Assembly (NCBI GenBank): GCA_011390135.1
Contig: JAABSZ010000001.1
Location: 13,312-77,311, forward strand
Direction of reading: 5' to 3'
Length of the DNA: 64,000 nt
Origin: Desulfobacteraceae bacterium
GTDB taxonomy: Bacteria; Desulfobacterota; Desulfobacteria; Desulfobacterales; JAABSP01
Part shown: in pieces, positions 26,096 through 35,315 of the stretch
Layout of the letters: every line of letters begins with the position of its first letter
How positions within the stretch are numbered: position 1 is the stretch's first letter
The notes under the pieces: model-generated
Seen by the model: the letters and a program-made list of their open reading frames with translations, nothing else
Told to the model about the DNA's origin: nothing
Databases searched by the model: none
Position numbers and translations under genes: made by a program

Positions 26096-27856
26096 TTACC
26101 GGTTCCATTTGAAGCTGACGCGCGTCAACTGGTCCGGTTCAACGGTTACGATCTTGGTCTCGTCGATACCATGCTGATTGTTTACGAATCTAATTCGAAT
26201 CTTTCCGGCCTTGAGCTTCAGATTGGCCAGGGGTGTACTTCCCACCGATTTTTCGTCGATATAGACCTGGGTCCAGGGGCTCGTAAAGATATTGACCTGG
26301 CCGTAGGCAGAATCCTTAAGAACGAAACTGCCCATATATTCCTTGGTATTTTTCGCCCCGTCCTCCAGGGTGAGGTAGTAGGGATAGACGCCCGGACGCC
26401 ACCCGTCGGTGGAAAAGGAGTCCTCGAATTCGGCGGAAGGCCCGCTGATCTGCCAGGATTTCCGGATTTCCGAATTCCTGACATTGAAAACGATCCGGCT
26501 AAGATCCTTGTCATCTTCGGCGGTGATCTGGTATTCTACGGTTTCGCCCGCAACATAGCTCTCCCTGATTTGCCGGATGCTTCCGGTGGGCGGTTGGGTA
26601 TCGGCAGGTGATGGCCTCCGATCGATGGGCTTCCGGATGCTGAAGCTTCCTTCGGAGATGGCGGTATTTCCGGCTTTATCGGCCACTTTCAGGATATAGC
26701 TGTAATCGCCGGGGGGCCAGCCGTCCGTTGAAACCGTATATTCTATATCTTCGAAGGTGCCGAAGAGCTGCAGGGGCTTTTCCACAGGCCTGCCCTCGAT
26801 CTCCAGAAGGAGACTTTCCAGGGCCTGATCGTCTTGGGCAAAGATGGAAAAATGGATCGATTGACCCGGCGAATAGGAAGCCTCGACGCCCCTGACCGAG
26901 ATTTCGGGCCTTCTGGTATCGGCTTCCGGCTGATCGGGGGGCGCGGTTGGAGGCGGTTGGTGAGTAAGGCGTGACGGCTCTTTTCTTTCAAATAGAAGAT
27001 AGGCGCCGGCCGCCAAAAAGAGCAGCAGCAAAAGGATGGCCGCGATGAAAAGGCCGGCGCGGGATTTTCGGGGCGTATCCTTTTCCGTGATCTCCTCCCC
27101 GGTATTTCCGCCGATGAAGCGGGGATGATCCCGGTCCGGCGCAGGGGTATCGGGAGGAACCCCGAAGGTGCCCCCTGATACGGAGATGATTCGTTTGAGA
27201 TAGGTGGAACGGATGTCGATCTCTCCGAAGAGGATCATCTTCTCCTTGAGCCCGTCAACCTCGAGATGAACGATATTCGATCCGGGATTCAGGCCGGGGG
27301 TGATGATGCTCAACCCATCGATATCCGTTTCCAGGGCGCAGGAGACCGGAACCGCCATCTCGAAGGCAAAGCAGTTTTTCCGGTGCGGAACCACAGGCCA
27401 GAGGTTGAGTACATCCGGGTAGTCCCAGATCCCGCCCTCGTTGATCAGCCCTTCCACGGTCCCCTTTACGATGATGTTCTCCAGCTCGACCCGGATACCC
27501 TTTTTGACCTGTAGTGCCAGAGATTGCGCGCCCTTTCCCCCGCGGGAAACCGTAACGGTGCCGGAAACATCTGCCTGATCGACGATCAGCGCCAGGTTTC
27601 CGGCCTCCTTCTCTTTTTCCGTGGGAGATGTGACCTCGATCCGCAAATTCCGGATTCTGACCCGGGGAGCATTGACGGTAAGAACCGGCCCGGCCGTCGC
27701 CCATAATGTGCTGCCGTTTCCGTCGATGATCAAAGGCTTGTCGATCACTACCGGCCCCATATATTCATTGAACTCGAGCGAAAGGGTTTCAAACTCGTTC
27801 AGCTCGTCGATTCCGGCCTGGAGGGATAGATTTTGATTCATTGTTTTTTCGGTCAT
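26096..27856 (-). CDS. Bitopic membrane protein: cytoplasmic beta-rich domain of about 280 aa, TM, Pro-rich linker, two Ig-like repeats and a PEGA domain
   Basis: TM LFIAAILLLLLFLAAGAYLLF. Periplasmic repeats are paralogous to those of 24868..26079. PEGA GQVNIFTSPWTQVYIDEKSVGSTPLANLKLKAGKIRIRFV. ATGA overlap with the kinase gene. Confidence 0.65.
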   Translation of the reverse strand: MTEKTMNQNLSLQAGIDELNEFETLSLEFNEYMGPVVIDKPLIIDGNGSTLWATAGPVLTVNAPRVRIRNLRIEVTSPTEKEKEAGNLALIVDQADVSGTVTVSRGGKGAQSLALQVKKGIRVELENIIVKGTVEGLINEGGIWDYPDVLNLWPVVPHRKNCFAFEMAVPVSCALETDIDGLSIITPGLNPGSNIVHLEVDGLKEKMILFGEIDIRSTYLKRIISVSGGTFGVPPDTPAPDRDHPRFIGGNTGEEITEKDTPRKSRAGLFIAAILLLLLFLAAGAYLLFERKEPSRLTHQPPPTAPPDQPEADTRRPEISVRGVEASYSPGQSIHFSIFAQDDQALESLLLEIEGRPVEKPLQLFGTFEDIEYTVSTDGWPPGDYSYILKVADKAGNTAISEGSFSIRKPIDRRPSPADTQPPTGSIRQIRESYVAGETVEYQITAEDDKDLSRIVFNVRNSEIRKSWQISGPSAEFEDSFSTDGWRPGVYPYYLTLEDGAKNTKEYMGSFVLKDSAYGQVNIFTSPWTQVYIDEKSVGSTPLANLKLKAGKIRIRFVNNQHGIDETKIVTVEPDQLTRVSFKWNR

Positions 27857-29292
27857 TTCGGATCGTGAAAATCAGTGGGTAAAAATTGAAACAGAGCCAG
27901 CCGGCCCTGGGGCGGATCATGGAGCTGCATGGATGTTCCCTCGACGATTTCGGCTCTACGGCCGGGGAGGATCGATTTCCCGGAGGAAGAGCGCATCTTC
28001 TCTCTTCCCCTGTTTTCAAATCGCCATTTTCCGTTCTCCAGAAAAAAGGCGCCGACCGCCTCGCTGCCGCCGGAGAGTCCCTGGGGCGGGGAGACGTCCA
28101 GCCGTCCATGCCATTCATGGAGTTCTCTTCGATCCCAGAGCGTCAGGTAGCGTTCGTCCGATATGTACTGCCCCTGCTTGAATCCCCTGAAAAGATGCAT
28201 GAGCAGGATCGGATCTTCAGGCTTCCAGCCGCAGAAAGGGCACATGAGGGAAAGGCCCCTCCGGCAGGCGAACCATTGGTGCCAGCAGTCGGGATTCCTG
28301 CAGGGATGGAGGATGTCCAGCGTCAATGTCAGGGCATCCACCCATTCATAGGCCGTCGGTCGAAGATAGGGATCTGTCAGCCCTTCGGTAAAGGCTCTTG
28401 TAAAGAGGGGGGAGAGGTAAGGGCCCAGCCGGTCCAGCCGAACATCGAGATCATCGGGGCGGTTGGACGCGTCATGGGGATGTTCGATGAACAGAGCCTT
28501 TTCTCCGAACATGAGCCGGTCATCCTCTTCGGGATCATCGGAGTGGATCTTCTTTCCCTCCAGAGGATGGCGCATCAGCAGCAGTTGGTATAGAATTACC
28601 GTCAGAGAGTGGAGGTCTGTTCGAATATCGGGCAGTTGCTTCTCCCTGTGGCCCAGGGGCAGCAAGGATGTGGCCATGACCTCCGGTGCGATATAGCCCC
28701 GGGTTCCCAGAACCTTGGGGGGAAAGATTCCCCGGACCACCAGGGAGTCGATGTCGATGAGAATGCAGGCCGAGCTGCGGGGGGCCATGAGGATGTTGTT
28801 TCCGGAAAGATCCGAATGGGCAAGCCCTGCCGCATGCATCCGGCCCACGGCCCGGGCAAGGTGCCGGCCGATCTGAATCCGGGTGCGCAGGTCTCCCCTT
28901 TCATCGGCAGGCAGGGTCAGGGTCAGCCTTTTACTGGTGAACCACCGCCCCTTCTTCTCTCCCCTGCTGTCAGAGAAATAGTACTTGTCCGGAAACCTGG
29001 GGCAGAGAATCCCCATCTCCGGGGAGGTGACGATAGCGATGGGCCAGCAGAAATGGTCTTTCCAGAAATCACCGTTCTTCGGGTCCAGCGTCGGGTTATA
29101 CTGGTCGAGGATCAGCCGAAGCCGTTTGAGCCGCTCCGGATCCCTGATCCCCTCCTCATCCCGATAGAATCCGATGACCAGATCCTCTCTTTCCGTGGGA
29201 AAGAAGATCTTTTCGGTTCCCTCGCCGATCTTCTGATCGCAGCGGTATCGAATCTTTTTGCCGTTGTCGAGATGTGCCTGGGCCAGGGTCAT
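27853..29292 (-). CDS. Atypical Ser/Thr protein-kinase-like protein with a C-terminal zinc ribbon and an unknown domain
   Basis: KIGEGTEKIFF (degenerate G-loop), catalytic loop LAHSDLSGNNIL, LIDIDSL (DFG-equivalent), GTRGYIAPEV (APE motif), then CRNPDC...CPFC. No TM segment. Confidence 0.7.
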   Translation of the reverse strand: MTLAQAHLDNGKKIRYRCDQKIGEGTEKIFFPTEREDLVIGFYRDEEGIRDPERLKRLRLILDQYNPTLDPKNGDFWKDHFCWPIAIVTSPEMGILCPRFPDKYYFSDSRGEKKGRWFTSKRLTLTLPADERGDLRTRIQIGRHLARAVGRMHAAGLAHSDLSGNNILMAPRSSACILIDIDSLVVRGIFPPKVLGTRGYIAPEVMATSLLPLGHREKQLPDIRTDLHSLTVILYQLLLMRHPLEGKKIHSDDPEEDDRLMFGEKALFIEHPHDASNRPDDLDVRLDRLGPYLSPLFTRAFTEGLTDPYLRPTAYEWVDALTLTLDILHPCRNPDCWHQWFACRRGLSLMCPFCGWKPEDPILLMHLFRGFKQGQYISDERYLTLWDRRELHEWHGRLDVSPPQGLSGGSEAVGAFFLENGKWRFENRGREKMRSSSGKSILPGRRAEIVEGTSMQLHDPPQGRLALFQFLPTDFHDPK

Positions 29293-29308
29293 CGGAAAAA
29301 GCGTACCT

Positions 29309-30013
29309 TCAGGAAAGAATGATTTTGATGTTGGAGTAACAAGAATCCATGTTCGACAGGCCGTCGCTCTGGCTGTCGCTTCGATGGCTTGCCGTGGTCA
29401 TGGTCGCACCGAGAAAATCGATGAACTGGTTGAAGGTCTCCTGGGTGAGGTCCTTCATCAGCACCACGGTCCGGGTGACTTTCTTCAACATGTCGATGTT
29501 GACATCGATTCCCACCCCGCAGGCCACAAAGTTCATCTCCTTTGATACGGCTGCGGCGACGGCTTCCCAGTTGTCGGTGGGCCTGCCGTCGGACATCAGA
29601 AAGACCAGGGGACGCCAGTCTCCCTTCTCTCCACGCTCTGCGGATTGCTTGCGCACCTCCTGATCAACGCACTCCCTGAGAAAGATAAGGGCTCGTCCCA
29701 GGTTGGAGCTGCCCCCGATCTTGAAGGGAGCGCCCCGGTATTCGCCGAGGGGACAGAGAGGGATCATCTGGCGGGGAATCGAATCGAAGGAGATGATGCT
29801 GAACCAGACGATGTCGCTGGTATATGGATTGGTGCGAAGCTTGACCGTCAGGTTCTTGAACCCCTGGTCCACCGCTTCGATGGCGTCGCCGTTCATGGAA
29901 CTGGAGCAATCCACGAGCATGTAAACGGGCAGCCGTCGGATGTTAGGGTCGATTTCCGGTCTGATCACTTCACTCCTTCCTTTGTTCTTTATGCATACTT
30001 TCGTTTCAGCCAT
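29309..30013 (-). CDS. Cytoplasmic vWA domain protein (TerY-like)
   Basis: MIDAS VYMLVDCSSSMNG, ..WFSIISFDS.., ..VFLMSDGRPTD... No signal peptide. The start lies 25 nt inside the upstream ABC gene. Confidence 0.75.
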   Translation of the reverse strand: MAETKVCIKNKGRSEVIRPEIDPNIRRLPVYMLVDCSSSMNGDAIEAVDQGFKNLTVKLRTNPYTSDIVWFSIISFDSIPRQMIPLCPLGEYRGAPFKIGGSSNLGRALIFLRECVDQEVRKQSAERGEKGDWRPLVFLMSDGRPTDNWEAVAAAVSKEMNFVACGVGIDVNIDMLKKVTRTVVLMKDLTQETFNQFIDFLGATMTTASHRSDSQSDGLSNMDSCYSNIKIILS

Positions 30014-32277
30014 ATATAGGCCAGCAAAAACGGGATGAAGCCGTGCAGCAGGATCATCAGCAGGGCGTGTGCGTCGCCCGGAAAAGCGGAAAAGAAGGTG
30101 GATGACCGGCCGAAAAAGACCTCGGCAATGCTCTGTTGATCAAACCGGACATAGGAGAAGGGGTCCCGGTTTGCCAGGTCGGTGACCTGTAACAAAACCT
30201 TGCCGCCGTTCATGGCATCGTAGCTTAGCATGGCCTTGAATGCCCATTTCTGGAGGATGAAATCGGTAAAAAAACGGGTTATGTCCCCGGTTAAGTACTT
30301 GACCGGCCGGATGAGGCCGCCGAGAAAGAGCTGGGGAATTATGATGATCGGAACCAGGATCAGCGATGCCTGTTCGGTTCTGACCATCGCCGATATCATC
30401 AGGCTCAATGCCGATGCTGCTGCGGAGGTGATGATCAGGACCCCCCAGAACTGCATAAAGGTTTTGGGCGGAACGATGATCAGAAACGAGCAGATGATGG
30501 CCAGCAGAATGCCGGTCTGAAGGATCGCGATAAGGATGAGAACGGCGAGTTTTGAGCAGAGATAGGGAAAGATGTGCAGCGCACTTCTCGTCTCCCGTTT
30601 GAGGATGTACTTTTCCGAGACGATCTCCCTGGATCCGTTGACTACGCCGAACCAGACGGCCGATGCGATCATCAGAAAGAGGATGGATACCCGTCTCTGG
30701 GCTGCGTTTTCCGCGATGAGATCGGCTTTCTCCTCCTGGTCCGCCCGTTCAAGGCTCCTTTCGAAGGCCGGCTCGATAATGAAGGTCTGCCGCTCTGCAA
30801 CGGCTTCATCATACAGTCCGGTAAAATGAAACCAGGTTCTGGCCAGCCGGTCCATGCCCGTATAGTCCCCGGAGTATCCCCTGAAGGTCGCGACGAGCAG
30901 CAGTGAGATGATCAGAACCTGTAGCAGCAGAAGGGCGAGGCTCATTTTGTCGGCCAGCTTGATACGGAGGTTCCGCTGCAGCAGCAGGCCGAACTGGTGG
31001 AGCCGATGGCCGCGCTTTTTTTGAGATCTCCCCGTGGATGCGGTTTCCATTTCCGCTGGATCCTCCTCTGCCGGTTCGGTCTCAGCCCGTCTTGCAGCCT
31101 CCTCCTGATATATCTCTTCGGGGGGACGAGGCACCTCCCACTTATCCAGGACGCGCAGAACATATTCGGCCGGATTTCCGCCGGTCGGTTCGGACGAATA
31201 CCGGTTGAAATAGGAGAAGACCTCATCGACGGGGCCGAAATAGGCGACCTTTCCCCCGCGGTTGAGCAGCAGCAGTTCGTCCAGAAGATAGAAGACCGCC
31301 TCGCTGGGCTGATGGATCGTCATGAGCATTGTCACCTTCCGGTCCCTGCACATCTCCTTGAGCAGTCCGACAACATGCTCCGAGTCGACGGAGGAGAGAC
31401 CGGATGTCGGTTCATCCAAGAAGAGGAGCAGCGGGTTGCGGACAAGTTCATGGGCAATGTTGGCCCGGCGCCGTTCCCCGCCGCTCAACCCTCTTTTTTC
31501 CGGAGAGCCGATGGGGGTTTTCAGGAAGCCGTCAAGCCGTTCTTCGGGAAAGCCCATTCTTTCGAGAACGCTCCGGATCTGATTTTCCCGGACATCGGCT
31601 CTCATGTCCGGATAGTTGAGCCGCAGACAGTAGTGAAGGGATTGGCGGACGGTCAGCTCCGGGATCAGGGTATCGTCCTGGGGCACATCCCCGATGATGT
31701 CCTTGATGAGGCCGAAGCTTTTATGCACATTGAAACTGCCGATCATAACCCGACCCTCGTCGGGTACGAGATAGCCGCTCAGCAGGTTGAGCAGAACGGT
31801 TTTGCCCGCGCCGCTGGGGCCCATGACGCCGATAAATGACCCGGCTTTTGCTCTCAGAGATACATTTTCCGTCAGAACCTTCAGGGGAGGAAAGAGCCGG
31901 CGTTCTTTTCGGTTCGGAATAGCGTAACGGAGATTTTCGGCATAAAGCCCCACCCGGTCTCTTCCCAGCAGAAGCCGCGGCTTGATCTCCATGGGAATCT
32001 TGCCCAGTCGGACATCATCATTCAATGTGATCTCGTGCCATGCTCTGGAGCCGATCTTATGGCCGTTTACGAAGGTTCCCTGACGGGACCTGAGATCCTT
32101 GAGAAAGAGCCGGTCTTCCACGCGTTTCAAAACGGCATGCCGGGGGGAGATCAACTCTGCAAGATCCGGAAATGTCTGGTCGCATTCCGGGCTTGCACCA
32201 AATACGATCTCAAAATCTCCCTTCCGTCGAATTTTTCGTTCAATGGCCTGATTTTTATCTGAAGACATCTTCACCAT
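29989..32277 (-). CDS. FHA domain-fused ABC transporter (ATPase + ABC-2/ABCG-type permease in one polypeptide)
   Basis: N-terminal FHA (..ISPRHAVLKRVEDRLFLKDLRSRQGTFVNGHKI..DDVRLG). Walker A GPSGAGKT, signature LSGGERRR, Walker B LLFLDEPTSGL. C-terminal region with 5-6 TMs. Confidence 0.85.
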   Translation of the reverse strand: MVKMSSDKNQAIERKIRRKGDFEIVFGASPECDQTFPDLAELISPRHAVLKRVEDRLFLKDLRSRQGTFVNGHKIGSRAWHEITLNDDVRLGKIPMEIKPRLLLGRDRVGLYAENLRYAIPNRKERRLFPPLKVLTENVSLRAKAGSFIGVMGPSGAGKTVLLNLLSGYLVPDEGRVMIGSFNVHKSFGLIKDIIGDVPQDDTLIPELTVRQSLHYCLRLNYPDMRADVRENQIRSVLERMGFPEERLDGFLKTPIGSPEKRGLSGGERRRANIAHELVRNPLLLFLDEPTSGLSSVDSEHVVGLLKEMCRDRKVTMLMTIHQPSEAVFYLLDELLLLNRGGKVAYFGPVDEVFSYFNRYSSEPTGGNPAEYVLRVLDKWEVPRPPEEIYQEEAARRAETEPAEEDPAEMETASTGRSQKKRGHRLHQFGLLLQRNLRIKLADKMSLALLLLQVLIISLLLVATFRGYSGDYTGMDRLARTWFHFTGLYDEAVAERQTFIIEPAFERSLERADQEEKADLIAENAAQRRVSILFLMIASAVWFGVVNGSREIVSEKYILKRETRSALHIFPYLCSKLAVLILIAILQTGILLAIICSFLIIVPPKTFMQFWGVLIITSAAASALSLMISAMVRTEQASLILVPIIIIPQLFLGGLIRPVKYLTGDITRFFTDFILQKWAFKAMLSYDAMNGGKVLLQVTDLANRDPFSYVRFDQQSIAEVFFGRSSTFFSAFPGDAHALLMILLHGFIPFLLAYIWLKRKYA

Positions 32278-32936
32278 CCTACAAAGAGCGCTTCGGATTG
32301 AACTTTCGGAGCATAGTACAGCTCGAATCGAATATCTACAGGGAAAAATGACCAGCCATCATTCTTTTCGATGCCCGCTCTCACCTGTCCGATCAGGGCG
32401 GTCTTTTTCCGGGAGCCCGGAAGCCCCAGATAATTGATCAGTTTGAAGATGACATGATCTCTCATGTTCCGCAGCCTCGGTAGGGGAATCACGGCTCGAA
32501 CCGAGGCCTCCCCCGGTTTTCTGCATCCGCCGGCCCCGGTCTTCAGGCATCCCGGAATCTTGAAATCGATAGGTTCCGTCGTACCCAGATCAAGGCTTGT
32601 ATAGGGCAGGATACCCATGTCCGGATGATCGATATCGACATTATCCGCCGTTCCATCCGTTTCCTCCCCAAGCGAACCGATGGGGATCGGAGGACGCTCT
32701 TCGGGATTGATGATCACATGGAAGCGGCCACTTTCGACCTTGATCCCTTTGTCGTCATCATTGATGAGGGTCAGTGATATCTCTATGGAATTGGTCGATT
32801 CAAGAATTCGAATCGCATCGATCGATCGGATGGAGATATTGTCGGCAAGCCTCATGAAATTGGGTTGCGCCCACAGGTAACCCTCCTGTATCAAAAGGAA
32901 GCTCAATGCCGTCATAAGAATTTGAACTATTTTCAT
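32271..32936 (-). CDS. Secreted protein, member 1 of a four-member paralog family (LEA_2/WHy-like, tentative)
   Basis: ATG at 32934-36 gives the signal peptide MKIVQILMTALSFLLIQEGYLWA|QPN. Shares DNISIRSI..IEISLTLINDDD.. and ..GQVRAGIEKNDGWSFFPVDIRFELYYAP with 33180, 34508 and 35316. The stop overlaps the ABC gene start (ATGGTGA). Confidence 0.6.
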   Translation of the reverse strand: MKIVQILMTALSFLLIQEGYLWAQPNFMRLADNISIRSIDAIRILESTNSIEISLTLINDDDKGIKVESGRFHVIINPEERPPIPIGSLGEETDGTADNVDIDHPDMGILPYTSLDLGTTEPIDFKIPGCLKTGAGGCRKPGEASVRAVIPLPRLRNMRDHVIFKLINYLGLPGSRKKTALIGQVRAGIEKNDGWSFFPVDIRFELYYAPKVQSEALFVGW

Positions 32937-33179
32937 GCCTGTACCCGCTGCAAAATTATAAAGGAGAAACGATGTCCGTGCCGAAAAAGGGCACAAATGA
33001 TAATGTTGTCGATCTTTCTTTCATTGACAGAAAAAAAGAGGTTTGTCAAATTTTTGTTCCCCTTGTCGGTTTCTATTCCAAAAAACGAAAATGTCTATTG
33101 AAAAATCTTTCTAATGTTGATAAGAGATGTCAAAAGGATTCTTTTCCCATAACCGTTTTAGCCATGGGGACAGGTAAAG

Positions 33180-34505
33180 ATGAAAAAAACAGCGTCAATA
33201 GGGATCGTTTTCATAGTTTTGTCTGCTATAGGGTTTTCTGCCCCTGCGGCAGGGCAGACGCCCGAGACGGATTTGATCGACAATATCAAAATTACCGCCA
33301 TAGAGCGGATGGCCGTGACGGACGAAAAGGAGGGAACCTTTCTGGACCTGACCGTCTATATCGAAAACAGAAATGACCGGCTTGTCCGATTCGGCAGGGG
33401 AATGTTCACCTTTTACCTTCGCATAGATAAGAAAAATGAAACCGATCCTGTAACAACGGCGGAGATGCTGGGGACCGACAACCGTTCCCGCAGGATCGTT
33501 TTATATCCGGTGGCGGATTTTAAAGGTCCGGGAGAGCCGGGGGACAACAGCGTCGATTTCAAGGTGGACCTTGGGAATGAGCAGGAAAAAATTCTTCGCT
33601 CCCTCAAGCGGATTGTAAACGCAATGGGAGACCCTCCGGACACTCGGCCGATCTTTTTCATCGATGGCAGGTTCCATCTGGGGGTCAAATCGGACAAGGG
33701 ATGGAGTTCGATTCCGGCTCGTATCAATTGGGCGTTCAAGCCTGTTTTTCTGGAAGAGGCGATTCTGACGGATGCAAAAGTGCCGATCTCCTTTCCGGAT
33801 AAGAATGAGGATATCATTAAAGCCTTTATAGACACTAGATCTGAATTCCCTTCATCTACAACGAATACCTACGATATCAATACAACGGGAGACGCAAATG
33901 CGGATACGGCCTCCGCTGCGGCTTCATCTACAACGAATACCTACGCTAGGACTACAACCCTTCCAAAAGGAGACTCAACTTCAACAACAATTGAAACAGA
34001 CACTACGACGACCACTTTTCCGGAAGACTTGCCGCCGGAAGCACCATTTACAACAACAATTGCCACAACGACGACCACCACCACCCTTCCCGGAGACTTG
34101 CCGCCGGTATCACCGCCTGCAACAACAATTGATATCAATTATGAAGCCGCACCAAAGATCGGAGCCCTGATCAACTTCGATTATAACTCCGACGTCATTC
34201 GGGATGAATCTTATCCCCTGCTCAATGAATACGGCCAGGCATTGAACGATAAAAGACTCTCCAACGTGGTCATCATCATTGCCGGCCATGCCAGCGACGA
34301 GGGCTCTGATGTCTATAATCAGGACCTTTCGGAAAGAAGAGCCGCATCGGTAAAGAGATATCTTGTGGAAAAGCAGAAAATCGATCCTAATAGACTCATT
34401 TCGACCGGATACGGGGAATCAAAACCCCTTGTCTCCAATGCTGATCCGGATGGACGGAAATTGAACCGTCGGGTCGAGTTCATCCCTTACCATTGGCTAA
34501 ATTAA
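33180..34505 (+). CDS. Paralog family member 2 fused through a Thr/Pro-rich linker to an OmpA C-terminal peptidoglycan-binding domain
   Basis: Signal peptide ..APAAG|QTPE. N-domain DNIKITAIERMAV..LDLTVYIENRNDRLVRF.. ..IDGRFHLGVKSDKGWSSIPARINWAFKP. OmpA motifs FDYNSDVI, GHASDEGSDVYNQDLSERRA, NRRVEF. Confidence 0.8.
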   Translation: MKKTASIGIVFIVLSAIGFSAPAAGQTPETDLIDNIKITAIERMAVTDEKEGTFLDLTVYIENRNDRLVRFGRGMFTFYLRIDKKNETDPVTTAEMLGTDNRSRRIVLYPVADFKGPGEPGDNSVDFKVDLGNEQEKILRSLKRIVNAMGDPPDTRPIFFIDGRFHLGVKSDKGWSSIPARINWAFKPVFLEEAILTDAKVPISFPDKNEDIIKAFIDTRSEFPSSTTNTYDINTTGDANADTASAAASSTTNTYARTTTLPKGDSTSTTIETDTTTTTFPEDLPPEAPFTTTIATTTTTTTLPGDLPPVSPPATTIDINYEAAPKIGALINFDYNSDVIRDESYPLLNEYGQALNDKRLSNVVIIIAGHASDEGSDVYNQDLSERRAASVKRYLVEKQKIDPNRLISTGYGESKPLVSNADPDGRKLNRRVEFIPYHWLN

Positions 34506-34507
34506 AA

Positions 34508-35230
34508 ATGAAGGATGCAATGGAACCTGTATATAGAACTGTTTGCAAGAAATGTTATACCTGTCTTTTTTTTCTTCCAGTGATGCTGCTGTCCGTTCTT
34601 TTTTCCGGATATGCGAATGCCTACGGCAATACGATTATGGATGACATCGATATCCTGATGATCAAAGATATGACCCTTCGACAGGAGAAGAACGATTTCT
34701 TTCTCGATGTTGTTTTCGCCGTGCGGAATAGGGGAAATACTGTCAGATTTCAGCAGAGTCGGTTTGATATTTCCTTTGTTCAGGAAGATTCAAAGGAAAT
34801 TCCGCTGGGAACAACAGCAAAAGAAGATCTCCTTCTTTCTGCCGAAACCGATGATCCGACGGATGTCCGTTTTACGGCAGCGATCGGTGATATCGAATCG
34901 CTCCGACTTCATCTGATCTCATCGGATGAAATGTCGGAGCTGATGATGGCCTCGAACCCGAAGGTCAATATGCACATCCGGGGAGGCTTTGATCTCAAGC
35001 TCAGGGCCGGACAGGGATGGATGTCTCAGCCGGGCTATAGAATCGACTGGATTCTGCCGTTGGAGATTCCAAGGGAGATCTTCGTCCAGACATATAAGGC
35101 AATCGAAGATGCAGCCGATCGAAAGGAAGATCCTTCCATCCAGAGAAAGGGAGACTGGCTCGATGATACGGCCTTTGAGACCGAAGAAAAACCGGTTCGG
35201 TTGGAAAAGGATTCGAATAGCGTAGAATAG
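34508..35230 (+). CDS. Paralog family member 3 (secreted)
   Basis: ATG at 34508 (a TTG at 34493 is also possible). DDIDILMIKDMTL..LDVVFAVRNRGNTVRF.. ..IRGGFDLKLRAGQGWMSQPGYRIDWILP. Confidence 0.6.
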   Translation: MKDAMEPVYRTVCKKCYTCLFFLPVMLLSVLFSGYANAYGNTIMDDIDILMIKDMTLRQEKNDFFLDVVFAVRNRGNTVRFQQSRFDISFVQEDSKEIPLGTTAKEDLLLSAETDDPTDVRFTAAIGDIESLRLHLISSDEMSELMMASNPKVNMHIRGGFDLKLRAGQGWMSQPGYRIDWILPLEIPREIFVQTYKAIEDAADRKEDPSIQRKGDWLDDTAFETEEKPVRLEKDSNSVE

Positions 35231-35315
35231 TGAAGGGAGGAGGTGGTGAGGCGCTTTTGCAGGTATTGGCCGGTATTTTTAATTACGATTTAGATTTCCA
35301 AAGAAAGGAAAAAAA

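Noticed and set aside
13924-32277. Calling the Tag-like/kinase/FHA genes a type VI secretion regulatory locus
   Set aside because: No T6SS structural gene (Hcp, VgrG, TssB/C, TssM, ClpV and others) is present anywhere in the 64 kb. Only the domain analogy to TagQRST/PpkA/Fha1 is reported, not a T6SS call.
32972-33376. 134-aa plus-strand ORF with a good aaaggag RBS in the 32936-33180 divergent region
   Set aside because: It runs out of frame into the well-supported gene 33180..34505, has low-complexity basic content and no signal or domain. The nearby GTGCC-gaaaaag-GGCAC palindrome (32976-32992) is more likely regulatory.
34493-34507. TTG start at 34493 for paralog 3, overlapping the OmpA-fusion stop
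   Set aside because: An in-frame ATG at 34508, immediately after the upstream stop, gives the same protein minus 5 residues. The TTG version cannot be excluded, but it is less parsimonious.
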